A stretch of 64,000 nt of DNA from an uncultured Candidatus Saccharibacteria bacterium (GCA_946527885.1 CAMMYO010000001.1:578-64577), one strand, 5' to 3'. Shown: positions 7,500 to 16,325, counted from the first letter of the stretch. Numbers and translations are program-made. Notes: generated by a model from the letters alone, not told the origin.

Positions 7500-8499
7500 A
7501 AATTTTGCCGAGATGCTGTCTTGCTCGCAATGTGACGATGCGGCCGCGCGCGGTTCGTTCAATCATGCCTAACTGCATTAGGTATGGCTCATAGAAGTCT
7601 TCGATTGTGCTTTCCTCGTCACCGGTTAACGCGGAAATTGACTTCAGGCCCACCGGTCGGTCGCCGTAATGCTCAATCATTAGCGTGAGCATATTTCTGT
7701 CGGCCGGATCCAAGCCAAGTTCATCAATCTCGAGCATTTTTAGGGCGTCTTCAGCCGTTTTGAGATCGATCTCGCCATTCTTGTGGATGTCTGCATAGTC
7801 GCGCACGCGCTTCAAAATACGGTTTGCAATACGCGGCGTCAGGCGGGAGCGCTCAGAGAGTAACTTCGCGGCATCTTTGCTGATTTTTGTCTCCAAAAGG
7901 CCGGCTGAACGCTCGATGATTTTCTGAATATCGTCATTCGCGTAGTATTCGAGCCGGAATTGCAAACCAAAACGGTCGCGCAATGGCCGCGCTAGAGAGC
8001 CAGCCTGAGTTGTCGCGCCGATGATAGTAAATTTCGGTAAGTCCAGACGCACGCTACGAGCAGCGGGTCCTTTGCCAATAACAATGTCTAGCTTGAAATC
8101 CTCCATCGCGGAATATAAAATTTCTTCCACGACTCGACGTAAGCGGTGAATTTCATCAATAAAAAGTACGTCACCGTCTGTTAGGTTGGTCAAAATGCTC
8201 GCCAGATCGCCTGGTTTTTCGATCGAAGGTCCAGACGTAACGCGAAAATTAGCATTCATTTCGTGCGCAATCACGCCCGCCATCGTGGTTTTACCAAGTC
8301 CTGGTGGCCCATAAAGCAAAACGTGGTCTAGCGGTTCGCCGCGTTTTTTGGCTGCGTCAATCGAAAGCTTCAAATTCTTTTTGAGACGCGTTTGGCCGAT
8401 GTATTCTTCTAGTGTTGTCGGGCGCAACGAAAATTCCACCGCTTTTTCATCGATGTCGTCTTCGTGTAAACTTGTATCGATCACGCGCTCAATACTCAT
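7498..8499 (-). CDS. ruvB: Holliday junction DNA helicase RuvB
   Basis: 333 aa. LRPTTLEEYIGQ, Walker A GPPGLGKTT, FIDEIHRL. Confidence 0.95.
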   Translation of the reverse strand: MSIERVIDTSLHEDDIDEKAVEFSLRPTTLEEYIGQTRLKKNLKLSIDAAKKRGEPLDHVLLYGPPGLGKTTMAGVIAHEMNANFRVTSGPSIEKPGDLASILTNLTDGDVLFIDEIHRLRRVVEEILYSAMEDFKLDIVIGKGPAARSVRLDLPKFTIIGATTQAGSLARPLRDRFGLQFRLEYYANDDIQKIIERSAGLLETKISKDAAKLLSERSRLTPRIANRILKRVRDYADIHKNGEIDLKTAEDALKMLEIDELGLDPADRNMLTLMIEHYGDRPVGLKSISALTGDEESTIEDFYEPYLMQLGMIERTARGRIVTLRARQHLGKI

Positions 8500-8606
8500 A
8501 TAGATATAGTATCACATCTGTTCGCATCGGGGGCGACCCCTATTAATGCTCATGCTTTTTGATTTTTGTGATATGTTGGTAAAATAGTTACAAACAAGGA
8601 GGGAAT

Positions 8607-9149
8607 ATGGCAGAATTGAAAGGTACGAAAACAGAGAAGAATCTAAACGCTGCATTTGCTGGCGAAGCTCAAGCGCGCGTTAAATACGAATACTATGCCA
8701 GCAAAGCTAAAAAAGAGGGCTACGAGCAAGTTGCTGACATTTTTATGGAAACTAGCGGTAATGAAAAAGAGCATGCCAAGATTTGGTTCAAGCTATTGCA
8801 TGACGGCGCGGTTCCGGAAACGGTTGCGAATCTTTCGGACGCGATTAAGGGCGAAGATTACGAATATACCGAGATGTATGCAAAATTTGCCGCCGAGGCA
8901 CGTGAAGAGGGCTTTGAAGAAATCGCAGATCTTTTTGAGAAAGTTGGCAAGATTGAGTCTCATCACGAAGAGCGTTTCCGAAAACTGAAAGAGAAAATTG
9001 AAGCGGGCGTCTACTTCAAGAATGACGGCGTGGCTGTCTGGAAATGCCGTAACTGCGGTTATATTCATATTGGTGATTCGGCGCCAGAAGTGTGTCCAGT
9101 CTGCGCGCATCCGCAAGCATACTTCGAGATAAAGGCTGAGAATTACTAA
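8607..9149 (+). CDS. rubrerythrin
   Basis: 180 aa. Diiron four-helix ExxH motifs and a C-terminal rubredoxin-like CRNCG...CPVC. Confidence 0.9.
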   Translation: MAELKGTKTEKNLNAAFAGEAQARVKYEYYASKAKKEGYEQVADIFMETSGNEKEHAKIWFKLLHDGAVPETVANLSDAIKGEDYEYTEMYAKFAAEAREEGFEEIADLFEKVGKIESHHEERFRKLKEKIEAGVYFKNDGVAVWKCRNCGYIHIGDSAPEVCPVCAHPQAYFEIKAENY

Positions 9150-9150
9150 A

Positions 9151-9903
9151 ATGGCTAGAAGCGTCTCTTATCGGGCGCGCCGCATTATTGGGCTGATAGC
9201 ATTGCTGCTCGGTTTCGCGGTATTTTTGTGGCAAAATCCGGCAGCCTATCAGGATATTGCTGCCGACGGAGTCATTAACTCTCCAAAAGCAGAAGATATT
9301 CCACTCAAGGCAGAGCAGACTGAAACTGACTCATTGCTCGCCGTTGATGTTTTAAACAGTTTGGCGGTCAAAGAAAAAGATAAAAGTCAAAAATACTATC
9401 GCAAGCTTTTCTATGATAGCTGGGGTACGACCGTGTCAGGATGTAATACTCGCGAGGCGATTTTGGCGCGCGACTTAGACGATATCGAATTGCGCGATTG
9501 CAAGGTTCTTTCTGGCGTTCTGGATGATCCCTATACGGGCAAAGTTATCGAATTTGAGCGCGGTCAAGCTACGTCGAATGCGGTTCAAATCGACCATGTT
9601 GTGGCGCTGAGCAACGCTTGGGCTACGGGTGCCTTTGCATTTGACGACGAAAAACGCTACGAAATCAGTCAGGACCCACTAAATCTACTCGCGGTTGACG
9701 GACCAGCGAATCAAGACAAATCTGACCAAGACGCCGCCGACTGGTTGCCGTCAAACGAAGCATTTCAATGCCAATACGTGGCTCGTCAAATCTCTGTAAA
9801 ATATAAGTATGTTTTATGGGTTACTCCATCGGAAAAGGCGAAAATGATGGAAGTTTTGTTGCGATGCCCGGACGAACCTACTCTAGGACTAGAAAATCTT
9901 TAA
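9151..9903 (+). CDS. secreted/anchored His-Me finger (HNH, DUF1524-type) nuclease
   Basis: N-terminal signal anchor. C-terminal QIDHVVALSNAW...NLLAVDGPANQDKSD...DWLP motif typical of DUF1524 extracellular nucleases. Confidence 0.6.
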   Translation: MARSVSYRARRIIGLIALLLGFAVFLWQNPAAYQDIAADGVINSPKAEDIPLKAEQTETDSLLAVDVLNSLAVKEKDKSQKYYRKLFYDSWGTTVSGCNTREAILARDLDDIELRDCKVLSGVLDDPYTGKVIEFERGQATSNAVQIDHVVALSNAWATGAFAFDDEKRYEISQDPLNLLAVDGPANQDKSDQDAADWLPSNEAFQCQYVARQISVKYKYVLWVTPSEKAKMMEVLLRCPDEPTLGLENL

Positions 9904-10786
9904 CAGCATAGTCGTCGCCCGCAATGACGGCGGCAGCCAAACTCGCATCTGCGTCATCAAGATGATTGGATTCGAGATAGAACTCCGCCGCGAAGCGCAT
10001 CTGCTGTAGCTTTTTGGTTGTTATTGCGTCAAGGCCGTCTCCATGGTCGCGATATTTGACCTCGACAAAATAATAGACGTCATTTTTTCGCGCAACAATA
10101 TCGATTTCGCAATACTTATTTTTCCAGTTGTGCGCAATAATTTCGAAACCCTTGTTTTCAAGATATGAAATGGCTGTCAATTCGCCTTTTTGGCCTTTCT
10201 GCGTTGAGCAATTCTCGCAAATCGTCTTGATTGGGCGGAAGCTTTTTCGATGTTCTGGGCAAATCCCAAACTTTTCCAAGGCGGATTTATGGAGCGCGGT
10301 TCCGTATCCGACATGTTTTTCGAAGCCATAATCCGGGTATTTTTCCGCGAGCTTAATCATGTAGTTGTCGCGCGCTACTTTTGCGACGATCGAAGCTGCG
10401 GAGACTTCCGGAATCAAAAAATCGGCCTTTTTGATAACCTGTACATAGTTCGAGAGTTTTGTGTCGCTCAAAAAGTTTACGGTACCATCAATTATTATTT
10501 CGTGAAAAGCCGTGTTGTTGGCTGAAATTTGCGATACCGCTTCTCGGCAAGCTTTGCGAAGTGCGGCGGATAGCCCGATTTTATCCAACTCTTCCGCGGA
10601 AACCCAACCTAGCCCACAACTGGCTTTCTGTTGGATTTCTTGCGCCAAAATCTCGCGCCGTTTCGCGCTCAGTTTTTTGCTGTCAGTTAGACCGTTGATT
10701 TTTGCTTCGCCGAGTACGCACGCGCCGACAACAAGAGGTCCCGCCCAGGGACCTCTTCCAACTTCATCTATTCCTAGAATTGCCAA
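9878..10786 (-). CDS. rnhB: RNase HII fused to a YraN/UPF0102-family endonuclease domain
   Basis: TTG start. N-terminal part GIDEVGRGPWAGPLV...DSKKLS is RNase HII. The C-terminal ~100 aa (GELTAISYLENKGFEIIAHNWKNKYCEIDIVARKNDVYYFVEVKYR) is YraN-like. Confidence 0.8.
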   Translation of the reverse strand: MAILGIDEVGRGPWAGPLVVGACVLGEAKINGLTDSKKLSAKRREILAQEIQQKASCGLGWVSAEELDKIGLSAALRKACREAVSQISANNTAFHEIIIDGTVNFLSDTKLSNYVQVIKKADFLIPEVSAASIVAKVARDNYMIKLAEKYPDYGFEKHVGYGTALHKSALEKFGICPEHRKSFRPIKTICENCSTQKGQKGELTAISYLENKGFEIIAHNWKNKYCEIDIVARKNDVYYFVEVKYRDHGDGLDAITTKKLQQMRFAAEFYLESNHLDDADASLAAAVIAGDDYAVKDFLVLE

Positions 10787-11227
10787 TTAGGCTTCTGCCT
10801 TTTCTTCGGTGGCTGGTTCTTCAGCGACCTCTTCGACAGCTTCTTCCTCTGGAAGAGCGTTGACTGCATGGCGATCGAAATCTTTGCTAGCCAAGCGAGC
10901 AGACTTACCAGAGCGCTCACGCAAGTAGCGGAGATTGTTGCGGCGAACCTTGCCACGGCGGACAATCTCGACCTTTTCAATCAATGGGCTGTGCATCAAG
11001 AAAGATTTCTCGACGCCAACACCGGAAGTTACTTTGCGAACAACGATACGCTCAGTATGAGATGCTTTGCGGTCGACGCGAATAACGACGCCCTCAAAAA
11101 TCTGGATACGGAATTTATCGCCTTCTTTAATTTTCTGAGAAACACGAACAGTATCACCGGAACGAACATCGATAACGGCCTTCTTCTTCTGTGCATCTCC
11201 CACCATTTTGAGTAGTTCAAACGACAT
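10787..11227 (-). CDS. rplS: 50S ribosomal protein L19 with acidic C-terminal extension
   Basis: SGDTVRV...IQIFEGVVI...RRGKVRRNNLRYLR core, plus the tail EEEAVEEVAEEPATEEKAEA. Confidence 0.9.
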   Translation of the reverse strand: MSFELLKMVGDAQKKKAVIDVRSGDTVRVSQKIKEGDKFRIQIFEGVVIRVDRKASHTERIVVRKVTSGVGVEKSFLMHSPLIEKVEIVRRGKVRRNNLRYLRERSGKSARLASKDFDRHAVNALPEEEAVEEVAEEPATEEKAEA

Positions 11228-11303
11228 ATCTTTACCTTTTAATATTAAAAACTTGTCTCATTTTAGCATATTTTTGTCGTTTTGAAAAGGGGTATAACAG
11301 ATA

Positions 11304-12914
11304 CTATACAACGCGTGCGACTTCTTCGATCGTGCTGTCGCCGCGCAGGGCCGCCAAGATGCCTTTTTGCTCGAGTGTTAGCATGCCTTCTTCTTTCGCA
11401 GTTTTCTCGATGGCGTTGGTGTTAATATCCTTTACATCGCCGCGAATATAGCGCTGGATCGGCTCTGTTACGACCATCTGTTCCATAATTGCGATGCGTC
11501 CATTAAAACCGAACGGGCTTTCGGCTGTCGGGCGTGGTCGGTAAAGTGTAATGTCATTGAGGTTGTAATCCGTTTGCACACCCTCCATGGCTTTTTGGAT
11601 ATAGCGCACGGTGGCGTCATCTGGTCTGTAGGCTTCCTTATTCTTGTCGAGTTTGCGCAAAAGGCGCTGCGCAATAATCAGACGAACCGAAGACGAGAAA
11701 ATCGGGTTTACGCCAATCATATCGATCATACGCGAGAAGCAAGCGCTCGTTGAGTTCGCGTGGAACGAAGATAGCACCAAGTGACCAGTAATCGAAGCCT
11801 GAATTGCAGTGCGGGCGGTATCGTTATCGCGAATCTCGCCAACCATCACGACGTCAGGGTCGAGACGTAAGACGCTACGAAGACCATCTGCGAAGGAGCC
11901 GCCATCATTGGTATAGATTGGAATCTGCGAGATGCCAGTCAAACCGTATTCAATCGGATCCTCAAGCGTAATAATCTTGCGCTCAGTCGTGTTTAGGGCA
12001 TTAATAATCGAGTAGAGCGTAGTAGATTTACCGGAACCAGTTGGACCAACCATCAATAGTAGGCCGCGCGGATGCGAAACCACCTCATTGATTTCGCGGC
12101 GTTCTTCGTCGGTAATGCCGAGCAAATCGAGGTTCAAGAGACTTTCGTCGAAGTTAAACAAGCGCAAAACAGCATCGTGACCATACATCGTTGGTACCAT
12201 CTCGACGCGAATGTTGAGCAAGTGAGTGCTGCCATTGTTAGTAATTTCTTTCTGCATGTGACCAGATTGCGGCTTATTACTCGCCGTGGAGACATTGGCG
12301 CGACTGCTGAGCTCGCCCATAAAAATGCGATAACGTTCGCGACTAATCATCGCAACCGGGTGCAAAATGCCGTCGACGCGCATGCGAATACGGATATCAG
12401 AACGTAAATTCTCGATGTGGATATCGGACGCGCCTAGTTTGTCGGCTTGGTCTAGAAGATAATCGAAAACTTTATCGGTTGCAACGCCATCGAGTGTGCG
12501 CGAAACCGCCTCAATTGTTGCGCTGTCGCCGGCGTCCGCAATCGTAATATCGTCATAAGTAATCTGTTTCGGCGGGTCGTAACGCAGCATGAATACGCGA
12601 TAGGCGGAATTCGACACCAAGAAGAATTCAACTCGCAAACCTTCATTGTCGTATTCCTGAATCATGTTATCGATGGTGCTTTTCGGCGTCTGGCTCGTAA
12701 CTAGGAACTGATACGGCTTGCTGCCGCCGCCTTCCTGCAATGGCACGATGTAGTCTTTGTGCATCTGTGCCTTATCCATGACGCCCATGGCTAGAGGAAT
12801 GTCGTTTTCAAACTCGCGAGTATCAAGATATACTAAGCCCAAAATTCCTGCACGCTTCTCAGTGGCGTCCTCTTCATTTTGCCTGCGCTTGCGTTGAATT
12901 TCTTGCTCATCCAT
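11304..12914 (-). CDS. pilB: type IV pilus / T2SS assembly ATPase (GspE/PilB family)
   Basis: 536 aa. N-terminal T2SSE_N-like domain, Walker A GPTGSGKST, Asp box, Walker B VMVGEIRD, His box. Confidence 0.85.
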   Translation of the reverse strand: MDEQEIQRKRRQNEEDATEKRAGILGLVYLDTREFENDIPLAMGVMDKAQMHKDYIVPLQEGGGSKPYQFLVTSQTPKSTIDNMIQEYDNEGLRVEFFLVSNSAYRVFMLRYDPPKQITYDDITIADAGDSATIEAVSRTLDGVATDKVFDYLLDQADKLGASDIHIENLRSDIRIRMRVDGILHPVAMISRERYRIFMGELSSRANVSTASNKPQSGHMQKEITNNGSTHLLNIRVEMVPTMYGHDAVLRLFNFDESLLNLDLLGITDEERREINEVVSHPRGLLLMVGPTGSGKSTTLYSIINALNTTERKIITLEDPIEYGLTGISQIPIYTNDGGSFADGLRSVLRLDPDVVMVGEIRDNDTARTAIQASITGHLVLSSFHANSTSACFSRMIDMIGVNPIFSSSVRLIIAQRLLRKLDKNKEAYRPDDATVRYIQKAMEGVQTDYNLNDITLYRPRPTAESPFGFNGRIAIMEQMVVTEPIQRYIRGDVKDINTNAIEKTAKEEGMLTLEQKGILAALRGDSTIEEVARVV

Positions 12915-12928
12915 AATAAAAGTATAAC

Positions 12929-13453
12929 ATGAAACAACTTACGCTTATCCTATGGAATATCAGATCGACCTACAATGTCGGTGCAATTTTGCGTACCTGT
13001 GATGGCTTCGGCATTAAAAAGATATATTTGTCTGGCTATACGCCGTTTTATGACAAGGGCTTACCGCACGAGCAAGAAAAATTGCGCAAGCAGATCCATA
13101 AGACCGCACTTGGCGCTGAAGAAACTGTCGAGTTCGCTCGTTTTGATAATGTCGAACAGCTAATTTCCGATTTGCGCGCCGATGGCTTTCGGATTTTTGC
13201 GCTAGAGCAGGGCGAAGCCTCGCTAAATCTTGCCGACGATCATGAGTTTGACGGCAAAATTGCTCTCATTCTTGGCGAAGAAGTCAAGGGTATTCCGCAA
13301 GAAATTCTTTCGCAATGCGACGAGTTGCTCGAGATCCCGATGTGTGGTCAAAAAGAATCGTTCAATGTGTCGGTTGCGACTGGCATTGCGGTCTGGGAGC
13401 TTAGTAAATCTTCCCTGCGCGATACAAGAAAGTATCTACGTACGCAAAAATGA
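12929..13453 (+). CDS. SpoU/TrmH-family RNA 2'-O-methyltransferase
   Basis: 174 aa. NVGAILRTCDGFG, LILGEEVKGIP, IPMCGQKESFNVSVATGIAVWEL. Ends in TGA-T. Confidence 0.8.
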   Translation: MKQLTLILWNIRSTYNVGAILRTCDGFGIKKIYLSGYTPFYDKGLPHEQEKLRKQIHKTALGAEETVEFARFDNVEQLISDLRADGFRIFALEQGEASLNLADDHEFDGKIALILGEEVKGIPQEILSQCDELLEIPMCGQKESFNVSVATGIAVWELSKSSLRDTRKYLRTQK

Positions 13454-13865
13454 TCCCACCAATCATCAGATAACTATGCACGCCCTGAATCCAATCCGCT
13501 AATTCGCGCGCAAGTGTATCGAAACTAAAGATAGAAGCCAGCGGCCCGGAGATTTGCATTGTGATCAGTAGTGCAAAAATGCAGGCCTCGACGATTCGCA
13601 ATACGCCAAATAAGCCGCTTTTTCCTGCACGAAAATAAAGAATCAGCGGGAATAGCGCCACGAAAACAATATAGAGAATATGTTGAGCTAGGTCTGCTCC
13701 AATATTTGGAACCCAGTCGCCAATCACGTGCGCAAATTTTTCGCCATACATACTATAGACTGAGATACCAGCAATCATGGCGAGAAATGGCACGCCTACG
13801 TGCCGTCGAAATAGCAAAAAACATAGTAAAAGCGCTGCTAAAACTACGGCTAAAATCATAAGCAT
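13401..13865 (-). CDS. small integral membrane protein (4 TM), unknown function
   Basis: 154-aa hydrophobic ORF. Its 3' end overlaps the convergent methyltransferase gene by 53 nt. Confidence 0.6.
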   Translation of the reverse strand: MLMILAVVLAALLLCFLLFRRHVGVPFLAMIAGISVYSMYGEKFAHVIGDWVPNIGADLAQHILYIVFVALFPLILYFRAGKSGLFGVLRIVEACIFALLITMQISGPLASIFSFDTLARELADWIQGVHSYLMIGGIIFAYVDTFLYRAGKIY

Positions 13866-13924
13866 ATTCTAGCATAAAACCATATCTCGCGCGAAGCAAT
13901 CTTTTGTGCTATACTACTTCAAAC

Positions 13925-14012
13925 GGAAGGGTGACCGAGTGGTTTAAGGTACCGGTCTTGAAAACCGGCGTAGTGAAAGCTACCGTGAGTTCGAATCTCA
14001 CCCCTTCCGCCA
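13925..14012 (+). tRNA. tRNA-Ser (anticodon UGA), CCA encoded
   Basis: Acceptor GGAAGGG/CCCTTCC, anticodon arm CCGGT-CTTGAAA-ACCGG, long variable arm, T arm GTGAG-TTCGAAT-CTCAC, then G-CCA. Confidence 0.9.
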
Positions 14013-14164
14013 TTTTTTGTATGCGAAAAGTGGCAGGGGTGAGATGAGAACGTAGTTCGCCTCCGCAAGGAGGCGAGAGAAGCGCAAATGCTTGCATTTG
14101 CATTTCCGAGGCGACGCTGCGGAGTAAGGTTTTCCGCTATCTCACCCCTTCCGCCATTTTTTGT
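13995..14164 (+). repeat. 26-nt direct repeat of the tRNA-Ser 3' end, with the second copy closing a ~125-nt hairpin
   Basis: ATCTCACCCCTTCCGCCATTTTTTGT occurs at 13995-14020 and 14139-14164. GGCAGGGGTGAGAT (14032-14045) is the inverted complement (13/14) of 14139-14152. Internal hairpins are TCGCCTCC-GCAA-GGAGGCGA and GCAAATG-CTTG-CATTTGC. Confidence 0.8.
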
Positions 14165-14197
14165 GCTTAAAAATTCAAAACAAAAATACCCTTTCAA

Positions 14198-14274
14198 TGG
14201 TAGCACCAACTGGGATCGAACCAGTGACCTTAGGCTTATGAGTCCTACGCTCTAACCAGCTGAGCTATGGTGCC
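14198..14274 (-). tRNA. tRNA with CAU anticodon (elongator Met or lysidine-modified Ile2), CCA encoded
   Basis: Reverse complement is GGCACCATAGCTCAGCTGGTTAGAGCGTAGGACTCATAAGCCTAAGGTCACTGGTTCGATCCCAGTTGGTGCTACCA. Anticodon loop is CTCATAA. It lacks the three G-C pairs of an initiator anticodon stem. Confidence 0.85.
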
Positions 14275-14355
14275 ACTAATGAAAAGGTATTTACTTAAAA
14301 AATAATAACAGATATATTGAATTTTTTCCAGTCCCAATAATGGTATAATGGTCAT

Positions 14356-14754
14356 ATGAAGACGAAAAAAGCTTTTACGATGCTCGAAATTATGCTGTGC
14401 ATTATCATCACTGGCGTTTTCGTAGTTTTGTTTTTCTTTCAAAAACTAGATATGGAGGCAATGGATAGGGACGAACAGCGCAAGACCGCCATCAACGCGA
14501 TGTATTATGCGCTCGAGGAAGGGTATTATGCCGACAATGGCTACTATCCGGAAAGTCTCGATAGCGCCGAAGTTCTGCCCTGGATTGACCCGAATCTGTT
14601 TACCGATCCGCTCGGCGCAAACCCATGGACCGAAGGTGTCGAGTGTGATTATGTGTATGAATCGGCCGATTGCGAAAATGGGCAGTGCAAAGAATATGTT
14701 CTTCGCGCCAAAATGGAAAAAGAGGCCGAATACGTTAAAAACAGTCGCAACTAA
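14356..14754 (+). CDS. type IV pilin (candidate major pilin)
   Basis: 132 aa. Class III signal MKTKKA/FTMLEIM with Glu at +5, a hydrophobic N-terminal helix and C-terminal Cys residues. Preceded by TGgTATAAT and 6 nt. Confidence 0.75.
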   Translation: MKTKKAFTMLEIMLCIIITGVFVVLFFFQKLDMEAMDRDEQRKTAINAMYYALEEGYYADNGYYPESLDSAEVLPWIDPNLFTDPLGANPWTEGVECDYVYESADCENGQCKEYVLRAKMEKEAEYVKNSRN

Positions 14755-14778
14755 AAATCCCCCAAGCGGGGGATTTTT
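14753..14778. terminator. bidirectional intrinsic terminator
   Basis: AAAA-ATCCCCC-aagc-GGGGGAT-TTTT between convergent genes. Confidence 0.7.
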
Positions 14779-14784
14779 GATGGT

Positions 14785-15375
14785 TTATTTTACGTTTTTG
14801 CGCTCTTGAATCAGATGTGAAATTGTCTGGACTTCGTCACTTGGCGTATCTAGATATGGGAAAGTATAAGTAGTTTCTTCGCCAACAGTAGACATACGTA
14901 GCGTGCCGAAGTGAAAAATATGATCAATCATGGATGTTTGCTTATATGACACATCTTCGATGCGTTTCAAATCAATTACGTTGGTCGAATTAGAGAAAAG
15001 AGAAGTGCGGATTTTCTGGATTGCACGCAAATTCGTGACGTACATGCGGTTCGACTTATAGATAAACTGGCCCGCGAGACCGCCCAAAATAAGAAGAATA
15101 AACAACATAATGACACCGACAAATAGACCGTGCTTCATTTGATCCTGTGCGGCCGTGTTGGCAAAAACCGTGTTATTCATAATTCCTTGCGACGAAAAAG
15201 CAATTAGCGCGATACAGAGAATTAGGATAATAAAACCAACGCAACCCCAGATGCCGATTAGGCCAATTTTTGAACGTTCCATGCAAAGTACCACATACTC
15301 GCCCTTTTCGAGCTCGATGTCTGGATAATCTTTGGCGTTTTGCGCCTTGTGAATCTTAGCCAGCTCTTCTTTCAT
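14785..15375 (-). CDS. membrane protein with bacterial PH (bPH_2/DUF304, YdbT-like) domain
   Basis: 196 aa. Two TM helices followed by YVTNLRAIQKI...IDLKRIEDVSYKQT...FGTLRM. Confidence 0.55.
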   Translation of the reverse strand: MKEELAKIHKAQNAKDYPDIELEKGEYVVLCMERSKIGLIGIWGCVGFIILILCIALIAFSSQGIMNNTVFANTAAQDQMKHGLFVGVIMLFILLILGGLAGQFIYKSNRMYVTNLRAIQKIRTSLFSNSTNVIDLKRIEDVSYKQTSMIDHIFHFGTLRMSTVGEETTYTFPYLDTPSDEVQTISHLIQERKNVK

Positions 15376-15456
15376 GCTTATATTTTAACATAAATATCAG
15401 AAAATGCCAAATAGCACCCCAGCTAGAGGTGCTATTCAAAAGTTGATAAATTGTCT

Positions 15457-16158
15457 TTATTCTGCGTTAGTGTGGACAGCAACGACATCGTCGAGATCGT
15501 CGATTGCATCCATCAGCTTTTCAACCTTCGCTGCGTTCTCGTCGTCGACCGGAACGGTATTGTTTGGCACATATTGCAATTCGGCCGAATCGATTTCCAT
15601 ACCGCCTTCAAGCAATGCCGCGCGAACCTTCATCAAATCGCTAGAGTTAGTGTAGATGGTAGTGCCATCTTCTTCGTCTACGACATCTTCGGCGCCAGCA
15701 TCGAGTGCTGCCATCATTACTTCGTCGCCTTTCGCTTTCGTAAAGATTACGCCTTTGCGCGTAAATTGGAACATGACTGAACCCGGATCCGCCATGCGAC
15801 CACCGTTTTTATCTAGCGTGTGGCGTACCTCTGGCATTGTGCGATTCTTGTTGTCGGTTGCGACCTCGATAATTAGGCCAATTCCGCCTGGGCCATAAGC
15901 TTCGTAAGTTTCCTCAATCAAAGCTGCGGCGCTTTTGTCCGCTACACGAGCGATTGCGCGCTCAATGTTGGCTTTTGGCATGTTCGCGAGACGGGCTTTT
16001 TCAAGCACCATGGCGAGCGAAGGGTTCATGGCTGGATCGGTACCGCTGCGTGCAGCGATTGCGATTTGATTTCCGATTTTCGTGAACAGCGCGCCACGCT
16101 TAGCATCAACGACTGCTTTCTGGCGCTTAGTGGTTGCCCATTTGCTGTGTCCGCTCAT
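15457..16158 (-). CDS. YebC/PmpR-family DNA-binding regulator
   Basis: MSGHSKWATTKRQKAVVDAKRG N-terminus. Start placed at the ATG preceded by AAGGGAG, whereas the track ORF starts 10 codons upstream. Confidence 0.9.
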   Translation of the reverse strand: MSGHSKWATTKRQKAVVDAKRGALFTKIGNQIAIAARSGTDPAMNPSLAMVLEKARLANMPKANIERAIARVADKSAAALIEETYEAYGPGGIGLIIEVATDNKNRTMPEVRHTLDKNGGRMADPGSVMFQFTRKGVIFTKAKGDEVMMAALDAGAEDVVDEEDGTTIYTNSSDLMKVRAALLEGGMEIDSAELQYVPNNTVPVDDENAAKVEKLMDAIDDLDDVVAVHTNAE

Positions 16159-16325
16159 GTATACTCCCTTGTTATTTCTAAGATTCATTATATTGTATCA
16201 TATTTGATGGACAAACGGGGTGCATTTGTGTACAAAAAGTCAAAAATATCGAACTTATGCTTTTGTGCGGTTATAAACGGTGGTATTTTTGAACGCATAA
16301 AAATTAAAAGTACTAAAGGAGCAAA

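Noticed and set aside
14032-14156. Possible tRNA-Sec or UGA-suppressor tRNA derived from tRNA-Ser, which would explain the in-frame TGAs
   Set aside because: The element shares only the acceptor 3' strand, the discriminator and CCA with tRNA-Ser. Its 5' arm pairs with what would be the T-stem strand, so no cloverleaf or T-loop can form. Neither internal hairpin has a 7-nt loop containing UCA. At ~125 nt it is too long for a tRNA-Sec.
13909-14209. 64-aa and 96-aa minus-strand ORFs
   Set aside because: They run across the tRNA-Ser gene and the structured repeat. Coding there is implausible.
13866-14355. Integrated prophage or genomic island at the tRNA-Ser 3' end
   Set aside because: A 26-nt att-like direct repeat exists, but only 118 nt lie between the copies. 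There is no integrase, excisionase or cargo gene nearby. At most it is a relic, and it is reported as a structured element instead.
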